From NCBI GenBank assembly GCA_041739995.1, contig JBGSMV010000070.1, positions 1 through 36,071 on the forward strand: DNA of 36,071 nucleotides, given 5' to 3'. This DNA comes from Bdellovibrionota bacterium (GTDB lineage: Bacteria > Bdellovibrionota_C > UBA2361 > JBGSMV01). The notes under the pieces were generated by a model. The model was not told the origin of the DNA. It did no database searches and saw nothing but the letters and a program-made list of their open reading frames with translations. Positions within the stretch are counted from its first letter, which is position 1; the number at the start of each line of letters is the position of its first letter. Position numbers and translations under genes: made by a program. Positions 8,602 to 19,696 of this stretch are shown piece by piece.

Positions 8602-10007
8602 AGCATTCACCCTCGGGCGGATTCCGCGTTCTGATCGACGGGCGAAAGCTTGGCGATGGAGGTATCGGTGTCTACATCGATAACCTGGTGCGCGGACTAC
8701 TCGCTTTGCGCCATGCATCGGTACGAGTGCAGATGGCGGCAGGGGACAGGTCTTGGCCCACGCCCTCAGTTGAACGGCTGGCCGAGCGAATTCACATTGG
8801 CATAGTCACTCACCATATACGCGGCGAAAACGGCAAGAATCCCTTACAGAACTACGCGTGGCATTCCCAAGTAGAAGTTATAGAAGATGCATCTCCACAC
8901 TACTCGTGGGATGAGCTGGTTCGGCTTCCACGCAGACTTCCCTGGAAAGACTACGACCTGTTTCACGCACCGCACTTTATGCTGCCATTCGCCGTACCAC
9001 TTCCCACGGTGGTGACACTTCACGATCTCATTCACTTGCAGCATCCAGAGCGCCCTTATTACCCCGTAGTCGCGCAGTTTCTTATTCGTTCGGCGCTAAG
9101 ACGCGCTACCCGAGTCATCACCGTCAGCCAATCTACCTATCATGACATTCGTAAGTTAGTGGGCGAGTCCTCTAAGGTTCTTAGAAACGTCCAGGTGGTC
9201 AGTAACGCCGTGGACCCATTCTTCCTCGAGCCTCCACTCGATCGTGCCTCCATGGCACTTGCGAACTCCAAGCGCCCATATTTCTTTTCGGTACTTTCCA
9301 ATGCAAAGCCTCACAAGGGCTTAGAAGATCTGCTCGATGCCTGGGACCTCTTTAAGCGCGATCTGCTTTCACGAACCAGCGAAGCGCGTATCACTCGCAG
9401 TCTCGCCGCATGTTCTCGTGTTGGTCCCAGACTGCTGATTGCCGGACTAGGCACCGATCGACTGGCAGAAAACGCAAATCTGCTCGCACGTGTTTCGGCG
9501 CGCGATGATGTTTTGTTGCTTGGCCCAGTCAGTAAAGATCAGTTGAGAGCCTGGTACCAGGCTGCTGACAGTGTGGTAGTGGCCTCTCGCGCCGAGGGCT
9601 TTGGACTTCCCGTGATTGAAGCCCATGCGTCCGGAGCTCCTGTAGTAATGCGACCGGTACCCGCGCTGCTCGAGCTGGTAATGCCTTGTGACCGCGTGGC
9701 GACCGATATGTCGGTGGATACTTTTGCAAAAGCGCTCGCCAATATGTGGGAGAGCGTTCGAGCCAACAACGCGAATGCATCAGGAGGCACACCCTCCGCT
9801 ACCGCTGCGCTCGGGAAATCAAATTCTGCACCGGACGAACAAAGTAACGTCGTCAATTTTCAAGCGCCTAACGAAGTCACGAAGCCGGCTTCGCTATGGG
9901 ACAAAGCCGCACTACAACAAGACACTGCGCGACGATTTGACATCGTCGATGTGGCTAGAGCCACTCTGCAGGTCTATCAAGACGCACTGGGTGAGATTCG
10001 AAAATGA
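8598..10007 (+). CDS. GT4 glycosyltransferase
   Basis: GGIG.Y, VVTLHDLI, TVS, KPHK, EGFGLPVIEA. TTG start overlaps the previous stop. Confidence 0.9.
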   Translation: MKHSPSGGFRVLIDGRKLGDGGIGVYIDNLVRGLLALRHASVRVQMAAGDRSWPTPSVERLAERIHIGIVTHHIRGENGKNPLQNYAWHSQVEVIEDASPHYSWDELVRLPRRLPWKDYDLFHAPHFMLPFAVPLPTVVTLHDLIHLQHPERPYYPVVAQFLIRSALRRATRVITVSQSTYHDIRKLVGESSKVLRNVQVVSNAVDPFFLEPPLDRASMALANSKRPYFFSVLSNAKPHKGLEDLLDAWDLFKRDLLSRTSEARITRSLAACSRVGPRLLIAGLGTDRLAENANLLARVSARDDVLLLGPVSKDQLRAWYQAADSVVVASRAEGFGLPVIEAHASGAPVVMRPVPALLELVMPCDRVATDMSVDTFAKALANMWESVRANNANASGGTPSATAALGKSNSAPDEQSNVVNFQAPNEVTKPASLWDKAALQQDTARRFDIVDVARATLQVYQDALGEIRK

Positions 10008-11260
10008 AAGTTGCGCTCGTTCACGACTGGCTAACTGGCCTGCGAGGAGGCGAGCGCTGCTTGCAGGCTTTCGTAGCCATGTATCCTCAGGCGGACATTT
10101 TTTGCCTGATTCATGTGCCTGGCTCCACGACTCCGCAGATTGACGCTCAAGTAAAGGGAACTTCTTTTCTTCAACGACTGCCAGGAGTCGCGAAATACTA
10201 TCGCGCACTACTTCCTCTGTACCCGCTTGCTGCGCACTCAATAGATCTCTCCAACTATGATTTGGTAATTTCAGTCAGCCACGCTGCCGCCAAAAACGTG
10301 CGCGTAGGAACTAAAACCGTGCACCTTTGCTACTGTCTGACACCGATGCGCTATGCGTGGGATCAGGCCCGTACCTATTTTGGCGCTGCCACTCCGGTAC
10401 TATCGCCGTTACTGCGACATCTAAGACAGTGGGACAAGCAAGGCAGTGCCTCAGTTGACCGCTTCATCGCAATTAGCCGATTTGTGGCGGCTCGGGTTCG
10501 AACTTTCTACGGTAGGCGAGCTGATGTTATTTTTCCGCCGATAGACCCTTTTTGGTTTGCGGGAACACTACCGACGGAGCAGGGAACAGAATTTCTCTAC
10601 GCGGGAGCGCTTGTTCCCTATAAGGGTGCTGAACTTGCGGTAGACGTGTGCACCCAGCGAGATTTACCACTCACGGTTGCAGGCTCTGGTCCATTGCTGG
10701 CACAGCTTCGCCGCCGCGCTGGACCACGGGTGCACTTCCTCGGTCGGGTAAGTGACCAAAAACTCCGCGAACTTTATCAGTCCTGTCGCGCGCTACTGTT
10801 TCCGGCGCGAGAAGACTTCGGAATGATCCCGCTGGAATGTATGGCTGCGGGGCGTCCTGTCATCGCCCCTTATAGCGGCGCTACTAAAGAGACCGTTTGC
10901 GGGCTCAAAGCCTGGTCCAGCGTGGCTTTACCGCCCGCCTCGAGAACAAGTGCTCCGGGGGCAGCCTCGGACTCCCTTGCCCCAACTCATCCAACCGGAG
11001 TATTTTTCAAGCACCCGAGGCAAGCCTCGCCCCGCGCGCGGGTGGAATTTTTGAGCGAAGCAATTTCTGCTTTCGAACAACATGAGGGCGCGTTTCAGCC
11101 CGCGGCGTGTAGGGCCAGGGCTACCAACTTTGGGCTTCGACGCTTTTTCGATCAATGGCAGGCGATTCCGGAGTTGCAACCATTTCGAGGAGAAGGTCAA
11201 AACACAGGTGACGCAGTTGTACGCCTGGGACTCTGGCACTCAGCTGAGGCCAGTCGATAA
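10004..11260 (+). CDS. GT4 glycosyltransferase (WbaZ-like)
   Basis: MKVALVHDWLTGLRGGER, CYCLTPMRYAWD, EDFGMIPLE. ATGA overlap with the previous gene. Confidence 0.9.
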   Translation: MKVALVHDWLTGLRGGERCLQAFVAMYPQADIFCLIHVPGSTTPQIDAQVKGTSFLQRLPGVAKYYRALLPLYPLAAHSIDLSNYDLVISVSHAAAKNVRVGTKTVHLCYCLTPMRYAWDQARTYFGAATPVLSPLLRHLRQWDKQGSASVDRFIAISRFVAARVRTFYGRRADVIFPPIDPFWFAGTLPTEQGTEFLYAGALVPYKGAELAVDVCTQRDLPLTVAGSGPLLAQLRRRAGPRVHFLGRVSDQKLRELYQSCRALLFPAREDFGMIPLECMAAGRPVIAPYSGATKETVCGLKAWSSVALPPASRTSAPGAASDSLAPTHPTGVFFKHPRQASPRARVEFLSEAISAFEQHEGAFQPAACRARATNFGLRRFFDQWQAIPELQPFRGEGQNTGDAVVRLGLWHSAEASR

Positions 11261-11300
11261 GGCAGAGAGGACTTGGGCGAGAGAAGGTCGAGTTAGCAGC

Positions 11301-12704
11301 ATGCTAAAGCAAAAACGTCAGTTATTCGAAATGCTCTTCATCGCTGCTGATCTTGCAGTGGTGTCCTGCGCCTGGGTGCTGGCGTATTGGCTTCGATTCT
11401 TTACTGAGTGGGTACCTGCCGACAAAGGTATTCCTCCGGTAACCAACTACCTCGCCATGTTGCTCTTCATCTGGCTGATCTGGGCCTTTGTCTTCAAGCG
11501 CATGGGACTCTATAAGCCGATGCGAGGTGTTCGTCGATCACGCGAACTTCTACTGCTCGTTCAGGCTAACCTAGCGGCACTTTTCTTGTTCATCGCAGTC
11601 ACCTATTTGTTTCGCGAGAAGAGCGCTCCGTTTTCACGTCTTGTGTTCGTGTATTTCGGTGCCCTCGCTATCGCACTGACGGCCATGGAACGTTCTGTCT
11701 TGCGATATTTCCTTAGAGAAATTCGACGTCGCGGCTTTAACGTGCGCTACCTTTTGGTGGTGGGGGCAGGGAACGTGGCTTCGGATGTAATTGCGCGCGT
11801 TCGTACTCAGCGTGAGCTTGGTATTCAAGTTATCGGGTGCCTCTCTAAAGATGCCCAAGAGCGCCGCGGGCCTCTACAAATTCCGGTACTCGGTAGGTAT
11901 TCGGATTTGCGTGACATCATGCTCAAAACCGATATCGATCAGTTAATTGTGGCGCTGCCCTGGGAAGACAACCATTTCATGCCTGAAATCATGCGCGCGT
12001 CCAAGGACACTTTGGTCGATATTAAGGTCGTGCCCGATCTGTACCAATTTGTAAGCGTCGGTGGTGCGATTGAAGAATTCGAGGGGCTACCAGTCATTAG
12101 CGTGCAAGGCTCGCCACTAGACAGCATGAACCTGTTTGCCAAACGTAGCTTCGACATTCTGGTGTCGTCGCTTATGATTCTCGTGCTAGCTCCGTTGATG
12201 CTCGCGATTGCGCTCCTGGTAAAGCTTACTTCGCGTGGGCCTGTTTTTTATCGCCAGGAACGCGTCAGTGTGGATGGTTCTCGATTTGCTATCGTGAAGT
12301 TCCGCACGATGCGGGCAGATGCTGAATCAGAGGGACCGCAATGGTCGCGCTCAGGGGACTCGCGGGTCACTTGGCTGGGCAAGTTCCTTAGAACATACAG
12401 TCTTGACGAGTTACCTCAGCTCTTTAACGTGCTTCGAGGCGACATGTCTCTGGTGGGTCCTCGACCGGAGCGTCCGGTCTTCATAGAAGAATTCAGGAAG
12501 CACGTGCCACGTTATATGCTCCGACATAAAGTTCCTGCAGGGCTGACCGGCTGGGCGCAAGTGAATGGCTGGCGGGGTGATACTTCGATTGATAAGCGAA
12601 TCGAGTTTGATCTCTACTATATCGAGCATTGGTCCCTGTTTTTGGACCTTAAAATCTTGGTGCTCACTGCGTTTCGAGGACTCCGGGACGAGAACGCGAC
12701 TTAA
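11301..12704 (+). CDS. wcaJ: Undecaprenyl-phosphate hexose-1-phosphate (glucose) phosphotransferase, WcaJ/WbaP family
   Basis: N-terminal TMs, KRSFD, KFRTM, LDELPQL.NVL.GDMSLVGPRPE, GLTGWAQVNG, DLYYI..WS. Probable start MLKQK at 11301. Confidence 0.92.
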   Translation: MLKQKRQLFEMLFIAADLAVVSCAWVLAYWLRFFTEWVPADKGIPPVTNYLAMLLFIWLIWAFVFKRMGLYKPMRGVRRSRELLLLVQANLAALFLFIAVTYLFREKSAPFSRLVFVYFGALAIALTAMERSVLRYFLREIRRRGFNVRYLLVVGAGNVASDVIARVRTQRELGIQVIGCLSKDAQERRGPLQIPVLGRYSDLRDIMLKTDIDQLIVALPWEDNHFMPEIMRASKDTLVDIKVVPDLYQFVSVGGAIEEFEGLPVISVQGSPLDSMNLFAKRSFDILVSSLMILVLAPLMLAIALLVKLTSRGPVFYRQERVSVDGSRFAIVKFRTMRADAESEGPQWSRSGDSRVTWLGKFLRTYSLDELPQLFNVLRGDMSLVGPRPERPVFIEEFRKHVPRYMLRHKVPAGLTGWAQVNGWRGDTSIDKRIEFDLYYIEHWSLFLDLKILVLTAFRGLRDENAT

Positions 12705-12975
12705 ATAGCTCAGAACCCCTCACTCCGCGGCTTACCGCTCCCGGCACTCGGGCCCTCTCGCGTTCTGGCACTTCCGCCGTGGCTCTATGTCGCTCGGCAT
12801 GGGCGCCGTTGCCCTACGGTGCGCGGTTTACGGATCTCAGAAAATGCGGTCTACTCAGCGCCACAAACGATAGGGTTTTAGGTCCGTACTTAGACTACGA
12901 TAAAGCTCCTGTCGCATACTTTTGATCTACGTTCGCGCGTTTTTATAGAGTTGTTACGAACATCACAGAGTTACT

Positions 12976-14307
12976 ATGAACATCACAATCGTTGGTTCTG
13001 GATATGTAGGGTTAGTTGCAGGTGCCTGTTTCGCAGACACGGGTAACGAGGTGCTATGCGTGGACTCTAACCCTGAGAAGATCAAATGCCTTCTCAACGG
13101 GGAAATTCCCATTTATGAACCGGGTCTTTCGGACATTATTCATCGCAACGTCAAAGAAAAGCGTCTCTCCTTTTCTACCTCGCTTGAAGAAGGGGTCGAT
13201 CGCTCGGAGGTCATTTTCATTGCAGTGGGAACTCCTCAGGATGAGGATGGGTCGGCCGACCTTACGCACGTACTGGCGGTGGCGACCGGCATCGGAAAAT
13301 TTATGAAGGGACCGAAGATCGTGGTCGATAAGTCCACGGTTCCAGTCGGCACCGCCCAGAAAGTACGCGCCGCGATTTCTGCGGTTTCAAAGCATCCGGT
13401 ACACGTGGTGAGCAACCCCGAATTTCTCAAAGAGGGCGCTGCCATTGATGATTTCATGAAGCCTGACCGAGTCGTAATTGGCGTTGATTCAGAGCATGCC
13501 GGCGCTGTCATGAAACAGCTTTATTCTCCATTCGTGCGCACTAATAATCCGATTCTGGTAATGGACATTCCTTCAGCGGAAATGACCAAGTACGCCGCCA
13601 ACGCCATGCTGGCCGCACGGGTGTCGTTCATGAACGAGATCTCTAACCTTTGTGAAAAAGTCGGTGCTGACGTTGATGCCGTAAGAGTGGGCATTGGTAC
13701 AGATTCTCGTATCGGCATGAGTTTCTTGTTTCCTGGCATTGGATACGGCGGTTCGTGTTTCCCCAAAGACGTGCAGGCACTGATTCGAACTGGTGCGGAC
13801 TTCGGAGTCTCGCTGACTCTCGCCAAGTCAGTAGAAGAAGTGAATCGCAATCAGAAGCAGGTCATGGTTCAGAAGTTGCTGGCACACTTCGGAACAGATC
13901 GCCTAAAAGGTGCCCACATCGCTATCTGGGGACTTGCATTCAAGCCAAAAACCGATGACGTCAGAGAGGCTCCCGCATTAGTAGTGTGCAAGGCGCTAGT
14001 CGAGGCGGGTGCAAAGCTTTCGCTTTTTGACCCCGAAGCGCGCGGCACGTTCGCTCAGAGCTTCGGCAACCATCCTTCAGTGACCTACACTGAAACCAAC
14101 TATGACGCGCTCGAAGGCGCAGATGCGCTCGTGATCTGCACTGAGTGGAACGAGTTTCGCCGACCAAATTACAAGCGCATGAAGGAACTGTTGCGCCAAC
14201 CGGTAATTTTTGACGGTCGTAATATTTTGGACCGCGCGACGCTCTCGGCTGAAGGCTTCACGTACTATTCTATTGGACGTCCTGAACTGAAGGCTGGTTC
14301 GCGATGA
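12976..14307 (+). CDS. ugd: UDP-glucose 6-dehydrogenase
   Basis: GSGYVG, IYEPG, KSTVPVGT, NPEFLKEG, GYGGSCFPKD, GLAFKP.TDD.RE. Confidence 0.97.
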   Translation: MNITIVGSGYVGLVAGACFADTGNEVLCVDSNPEKIKCLLNGEIPIYEPGLSDIIHRNVKEKRLSFSTSLEEGVDRSEVIFIAVGTPQDEDGSADLTHVLAVATGIGKFMKGPKIVVDKSTVPVGTAQKVRAAISAVSKHPVHVVSNPEFLKEGAAIDDFMKPDRVVIGVDSEHAGAVMKQLYSPFVRTNNPILVMDIPSAEMTKYAANAMLAARVSFMNEISNLCEKVGADVDAVRVGIGTDSRIGMSFLFPGIGYGGSCFPKDVQALIRTGADFGVSLTLAKSVEEVNRNQKQVMVQKLLAHFGTDRLKGAHIAIWGLAFKPKTDDVREAPALVVCKALVEAGAKLSLFDPEARGTFAQSFGNHPSVTYTETNYDALEGADALVICTEWNEFRRPNYKRMKELLRQPVIFDGRNILDRATLSAEGFTYYSIGRPELKAGSR

Positions 14308-14362
14308 ACTTCCTCGCCCCTAGAATTGCAACCAGCATAAACTTTTTTAAGGGAGACTGCGC

Positions 14363-15370
14363 GTGAGTAGCTCTAAGGTAAGTGAGAAATCACCCACAGG
14401 TTCGATAGTGCCGCAGCGAATCTTAGTTACCGGAGGTGCCGGCTTCATCGGTTCTCACTTGGTTGAAGTGCTGCTTAATCGCGGCCACGAGGTCATTGCG
14501 CTCGACAATCTATTCACGGGCTCGAAACGCAATATTGCGCACTTGCTTGGCAATCCACGATTTGAGTTCTTGCGTCACGACGTGATTGAGCCAGTGTTGC
14601 TTGAGATTGACCAGATTTACCACTTTGCTTGTCCCGCTTCGCCGGTCCATTACCAACACAATCCCGTGAAGACGGTGAAAACTTCAGTGCTGGGAACAAT
14701 CAATATGCTTGGACTCGCCAAGCGCGTAGGCGCGCGCCTACTTTTGGCCTCCACCTCTGAAGTGTATGGCGATCCTCTCGAGCATCCACAAACTGAAAGT
14801 TATTGGGGTAACGTCAACCCAATTGGACCGCGCAGCTGTTATGACGAAGGCAAGCGCGTCGCCGAGACACTGACCTACTGCTACCACGACAAAAACGGTG
14901 TCGACACGCGAACCGTTCGCATCTTCAACACGTATGGCCCACGCATGCTGTTTGACGACGGACGGGTAGTATCAAATTTCATCGTGCAAGCCTTGCTTGG
15001 TAAACCTATCACCGTGTACGGCGACGGCTCCCAGACCCGCTCTTTCTGCTTCGTTTCTGATTTGGTAGATGGCATTGTGCGACTGATGGATGCTGAGCCA
15101 AAATCTGCTTCGGTAGACCTATCTGGGCCAGTAAACCTCGGGAATCCTGAGGAAATGAACATCAAAGAACTTGCCCAGTTGGTGCTTGAACTCACCAAGT
15201 CCAAGTCTACCCTGATTCAGCAACCGCTGCCCCAAGACGATCCTACTCGTCGACGCCCTGATATTACGCGAGCGAGAGATTTGCTTAATTGGGAGCCGAA
15301 AATTCCCGTAAGACAGGGGCTCTCAATGGCTATTACCGAGTTCGCCGCACGGCTAAAGGCCTCCGCTTGA
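14363..15370 (+). CDS. uxs: UDP-glucuronate decarboxylase (UDP-xylose synthase)
   Basis: [63 protein letters not shown]. Confidence 0.93.
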   Translation: MSSSKVSEKSPTGSIVPQRILVTGGAGFIGSHLVEVLLNRGHEVIALDNLFTGSKRNIAHLLGNPRFEFLRHDVIEPVLLEIDQIYHFACPASPVHYQHNPVKTVKTSVLGTINMLGLAKRVGARLLLASTSEVYGDPLEHPQTESYWGNVNPIGPRSCYDEGKRVAETLTYCYHDKNGVDTRTVRIFNTYGPRMLFDDGRVVSNFIVQALLGKPITVYGDGSQTRSFCFVSDLVDGIVRLMDAEPKSASVDLSGPVNLGNPEEMNIKELAQLVLELTKSKSTLIQQPLPQDDPTRRRPDITRARDLLNWEPKIPVRQGLSMAITEFAARLKASA

Positions 15371-15446
15371 CCTTCGCGGCAAACCTAAAGTCCACTTACC
15401 ATCAGCACCTCTTAATCCGGCCGATTTTCAAACGAACTAGAATCAC

Positions 15447-17309
15447 ATGTCACGTTCCAGAGACCACATTCGAAACTTCTGCATCATCGCCCACATCGAC
15501 CATGGTAAGTCCACGCTTGCTGACCGCATCCTGGAAACCACCGGAGCGCTCCAGAAGCGAGAAATGCAGTCACAATTTCTCGACAAACTAGATCTCGAGC
15601 GCGAGAGGGGTATTACCATTAAGGCTCAGACCGTAAGGCTTCCGTATACCGCCAAGGATGGTCGCCGCTATCAACTTCACCTGATTGACACTCCTGGACA
15701 CGTCGATTTCTCATATGAAGTTTCACGCAGCCTTTCGGCTTGCGAAGGAGCGCTACTGGTGGTTGACGCCAGCCAAGGCGTCGAAGCGCAGACGCTTGCC
15801 AACGTATATATGGCCATCGAGAACAATCTCGAAGTGGTTCCAGTGCTCAACAAAGTTGATCTCCCGAATTCTGATCCCGAGCGAGTGCGCAAAGAGATTG
15901 AAGAAATCATCGGCATCGATGCGTCTCAAGCGCTGATGATTAGCGCCAAGACTGGGCTAGGCGTCCCTGATTTGCTGGAAGCGATCGTTGCTAAAATCCC
16001 GCCGCCTACTCGCGGCTCCTCCGACAACAAATTACGGGCACTGGTCTACGACTCCTGGTTCGACCCATATCTGGGAGTCGTGGTCATGATTCGAGTTATC
16101 GACGGGATCATTAAGCCTGGCGACCACGTCACCTTTCACAGCTCTCGCGGTGAGTACGAGGTCTATAAAACCGGAGTTTTCGATCCGCACGTGAGCGAGG
16201 TGCCTGAAATCGTGAGTGGCGAAGTAGGGTATTTCGCCGCCTCAATCAAAAACATTCATGACGTGAAGATCGGAGACACCATTGTCTTCGCGAACGACAC
16301 TACTTCGGAGGCCTTGCCTGGGTACAAAGAAGTAAAGCCGATGGTGTTCGGCGGGCTATTTCCTGTAGACGCAGACGACTACCAGTCGCTTAGAACCGCG
16401 CTCGAGAAGTTAAGTCTGAATGATGCCTCGTTTACGTTTGAGGCCGAAACTTCTGCGGCGCTCGGTTTTGGCTTTCGCTGCGGATATCTTGGTCTCTTAC
16501 ACATGGAGATCATCCAGGAGCGTCTTGAGCGCGAATTTAACTTGGATCTTATTACTACCGCTCCGTCAGTTGTATACCGCGTAAATCTGCTGAACGGGAC
16601 TTCTCTCATGGTGGACAACCCCACCAAGCTTCCCGAAGTTCAGTTTATTGAAACCATCGAGGAACCAATCGTTGAGGTGACAATTCACTGCCCCCAGGCG
16701 TTTCTGGGTAACGTCCTTAAACTTTGCGAAGAGCGTCGCGGTATTCAACAAAGTTTGAGCATTCATAATTATGGTTCCGCTATTGGAGGCAAAGATGCCG
16801 GCAGTGGCGGGGACGAGCGTGCTCAAGGAAGAACGGTGGTGGTGTATGAATTACCGCTTAATGAAATTGTGTTGGACTTCCAGGATAAACTTAAAAGCTT
16901 CACTAAAGGCTACGCGTCTTTTGACTATGAGCTAAAAGGCTACAAAGTCTCCGACCTCGTGAAGCTCGACATTAAATTGAATGGCGAAAACGTCGACGCT
17001 CTCGGCATTATCGTGCATCGCGACAAAGCCTTTAACAAAGGTCGAGATCTTACGGATAAGTTGAAAGAGCTGTTAGATCGCCAAATGTTTGAGATTGCGA
17101 TTCAAGCAGCTATCGGGGCTAAGATTATCGCCCGCTCTACTGTAAAGGCCCTTAGGAAGAACGTGACGGCGAAGTGTTACGGTGGTGACATTACCCGAAA
17201 GAGAAAGCTGCTTGAGAAGCAAAAAGAAGGTAAGCGCCGCATGAAGCAAGTCGGCAAGGTCTCGATTTCTCAGGACGCCTTCCTCGCCGTTCTTAAACTT
17301 GATGGATAG
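15447..17309 (+). CDS. lepA: Elongation factor 4 (LepA)
   Basis: [58 protein letters not shown]. Confidence 0.99.
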   Translation: MSRSRDHIRNFCIIAHIDHGKSTLADRILETTGALQKREMQSQFLDKLDLERERGITIKAQTVRLPYTAKDGRRYQLHLIDTPGHVDFSYEVSRSLSACEGALLVVDASQGVEAQTLANVYMAIENNLEVVPVLNKVDLPNSDPERVRKEIEEIIGIDASQALMISAKTGLGVPDLLEAIVAKIPPPTRGSSDNKLRALVYDSWFDPYLGVVVMIRVIDGIIKPGDHVTFHSSRGEYEVYKTGVFDPHVSEVPEIVSGEVGYFAASIKNIHDVKIGDTIVFANDTTSEALPGYKEVKPMVFGGLFPVDADDYQSLRTALEKLSLNDASFTFEAETSAALGFGFRCGYLGLLHMEIIQERLEREFNLDLITTAPSVVYRVNLLNGTSLMVDNPTKLPEVQFIETIEEPIVEVTIHCPQAFLGNVLKLCEERRGIQQSLSIHNYGSAIGGKDAGSGGDERAQGRTVVVYELPLNEIVLDFQDKLKSFTKGYASFDYELKGYKVSDLVKLDIKLNGENVDALGIIVHRDKAFNKGRDLTDKLKELLDRQMFEIAIQAAIGAKIIARSTVKALRKNVTAKCYGGDITRKRKLLEKQKEGKRRMKQVGKVSISQDAFLAVLKLDG

Positions 17310-17389
17310 CGAGATATGGCAGCCCAAGGCATGCTATTAACAGAATCTAAGCAATTGACCCGGTGGTGGGTCCAACCTCAAGTGACTCT

Positions 17390-18136
17390 ATGACGCGCTT
17401 TCGAGACATTTCGGAGCATAGCGGGAGGGTGTTCGCCGTCGGCGATATACATGGCTGCCGCGCAGAGCTCGAAGTGATGCTGACTGCTCTCACCCAGTCC
17501 GAGAAACTCACGCCAGCAGACATTGTGCTCTTCATCGGCGACTACGTCGACCGCGGCCCTGACTCAAAGGGCGTCATCGACTTACTCCTGGGCTTTGTGC
17601 AAAGGCACCCCCGAAGTATTTTTCTCAAAGGTAACCACGAGGACATGTTCTTGTCTTTCATGGGACTGCCTGGCCGTGACGGCATGGCGTACCTCATGAA
17701 CGGCGGTACTCAGTGCCTTAATAGTTACGGGCTGGCACTAGAGGATGGCCCCCCGCCGAACCCTGAAGAGGTGATGAAAGCCCTACCTCCTGAACACCTC
17801 GCGTTTCTGCAAGGACTCGATACCTACGTCATGCTTCCTGATTACATTTTCGCCCATGCCGGATTGAATCCGCTCAGAGACCTTCGATTGCAGGTTGAAG
17901 ACGACGTGCTCTGGATTCGAGACGAGTTCATTTCTAATAAGCACTATTTCGGACGCCCAATAATTTTTGGTCATACCCCATACGAAGACGTGCTGTTTAA
18001 TCTTCCGTTTAAAATCGGCATCGATACCGGCTGCGTGTACGGAAACAAACTAAGCTGCATCGAGACCAAGGAAGGCAAAATTCTGCAGGTCTCTTCTGGC
18101 TCCACGAAAGTACAGGTACGCGCCTTTCCGAAATAA
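17390..18136 (+). CDS. PPP-family Ser/Thr protein phosphatase / metallophosphoesterase (PphA-like); alternative start 17363
   Basis: GDIHG, GDYVDRG, GNHE, HAG, FGHTP, IDTG. Confidence 0.92.
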   Translation: MTRFRDISEHSGRVFAVGDIHGCRAELEVMLTALTQSEKLTPADIVLFIGDYVDRGPDSKGVIDLLLGFVQRHPRSIFLKGNHEDMFLSFMGLPGRDGMAYLMNGGTQCLNSYGLALEDGPPPNPEEVMKALPPEHLAFLQGLDTYVMLPDYIFAHAGLNPLRDLRLQVEDDVLWIRDEFISNKHYFGRPIIFGHTPYEDVLFNLPFKIGIDTGCVYGNKLSCIETKEGKILQVSSGSTKVQVRAFPK

Positions 18137-18166
18137 ACAGCCCGAATTAATCAGAAAAGCGGCGCG

Positions 18167-19696
18167 TCAGGCGAGCGACCCTTTGTTTCTACGACTCCAC
18201 ACCCATACCACTAGAGAAAGCGGCCATGCGCAAAGCGCCACGAGCACGGCAATACCCATACGCCTGAACAATCCTCCAGAACTTCTTGCGAAAACAAATC
18301 CCGTGCTCAGCAACCAGATGAGAAACAGAAGTACGCACGCTACAATCACCCCTGTGAAACGACGCACTTGCCGTGAATAGAACGAAGAAGACAACGCGAC
18401 ATCATCCCCGTACTCTTCCGCATGGGCTGCCAAAAATCGCTGGCGAGCCTGCGTCAACGTTTGACGCAAAGCAGCCAACTGGGAGCCCCCTTCAGGTTTC
18501 GTGATGGTTGAAAGATTTGGGTTCCCCCAAAGCTCCATGGAATACAAAGCCAACAATTCCCCAAATGCGGGCGCGTCTAAGGACAGCTGCCCGACCGGCT
18601 CCCAGTCCTGCGCCGACACCAAGCGCTGTTCCCCAAGTCGAGACAAGGCGCTGAAGAGAACTTCACCCGAAGTCGTCAGACTGCGCGGCTCTCGAAGAAG
18701 CGCTCTTTTCATGCGTTCGGTTCGCGAAAGGATATCGAGAGTATCAAGAAAACCAATCGACTTTCCTGGTGCAGCGCCTGCTGCAGAATAGCGCGACAAA
18801 AGAGCGAGGCTCTCGCGCTGCACTCTCTGCAACGTTGGCAGCTGCAACAACTGGACAACAACATCGAGGCGCGCCACGCTAACCTCAAAGTCACTTCCTC
18901 CCAATCGTTGCAGCAAGAACGGAATCGACGACGCGCTGCTGAGGCTACCTTGAGTCACCAACCCGATCAGCTTCCCCGCCTCAGACACTACAATACTGCC
19001 GCTGCCTCCAAGGTTCGTTCTCGCATCAACTAAGAAACTAGACTCTTCTACTGCAGTAATTTTCCCACGACGCACTTGCAGAGTTGAGCATCCGGGGAAA
19101 CCAATCACCCTCACCGCATCACCAATATGGGGAGTAGCGATCTCTTCGCTTGAGGACCGGGAGCCCGCCAAGGGGGCCTCTAAGATAATCTTGGCAATAT
19201 CAAGGGAGCCGAGCTCTGCACCTAGCTCAACCGAAGCCTCGACGGAACGAGGCGTTACTCCAAGCCCCTTGGCCACGGCAATGGATGCACCATTACAAGC
19301 GCTGGTCGGGCATAACGACCGAGCTACATGCGCGTTTGTCAGCACCGAATTCGCATCAATCGCAAACCCGGTCGCGCAGGTTGATGCACTTTGCGATTCG
19401 CCTTGGCCCACAATCGGCGTGCTTAGGCGCACCACACGCAAGAACACTTCGGCATCGCGATCGACCGCTTCCGAAAGATCCAGTTCTGAAGAACCTTCAG
19501 AGAGGGTGGTTTCAGAGAAGCAGACGCCAGGGAGCAGCGAAAGTAGGAGCAGTGTAGTCGGAAGAAGACCGAGCATCGGTACGTGGCATTTGGCAGCGCT
19601 TCTTCCGAGTGCCATCAAAGAGAATGGCATGCTCAGCCAAGCTTTCCTGTCACCAAAAAAACGCATTCGCCCTCCCGTGCCTAGGTGGCCTCTCAT
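18167..19696 (-). CDS. Exported trypsin-like (S1) serine protease with C-terminal membrane anchor
   Basis: RBS AAGGAGG, signal-like segment, TGF, VLTNAHV (His), LDIA (Asp), G.SGS (Ser), two C-terminal TM helices. Confidence 0.7.
   Translation of the reverse strand: MRGHLGTGGRMRFFGDRKAWLSMPFSLMALGRSAAKCHVPMLGLLPTTLLLLSLLPGVCFSETTLSEGSSELDLSEAVDRDAEVFLRVVRLSTPIVGQGESQSASTCATGFAIDANSVLTNAHVARSLCPTSACNGASIAVAKGLGVTPRSVEASVELGAELGSLDIAKIILEAPLAGSRSSSEEIATPHIGDAVRVIGFPGCSTLQVRRGKITAVEESSFLVDARTNLGGSGSIVVSEAGKLIGLVTQGSLSSASSIPFLLQRLGGSDFEVSVARLDVVVQLLQLPTLQRVQRESLALLSRYSAAGAAPGKSIGFLDTLDILSRTERMKRALLREPRSLTTSGEVLFSALSRLGEQRLVSAQDWEPVGQLSLDAPAFGELLALYSMELWGNPNLSTITKPEGGSQLAALRQTLTQARQRFLAAHAEEYGDDVALSSSFYSRQVRRFTGVIVACVLLFLIWLLSTGFVFARSSGGLFRRMGIAVLVALCAWPLSLVVWVWSRRNKGSLA

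Noticed and set aside
11082..11300. N-terminal extension of WcaJ
   Set aside because: Overlaps the upstream GT4 by ~180 nt; family-like sequence begins at ATG 11301.
12705..12975. ops/JUMPstart element or riboswitch before ugd
   Set aside because: No GGCGGTAG match on the coding strand and no convincing structure found by eye.
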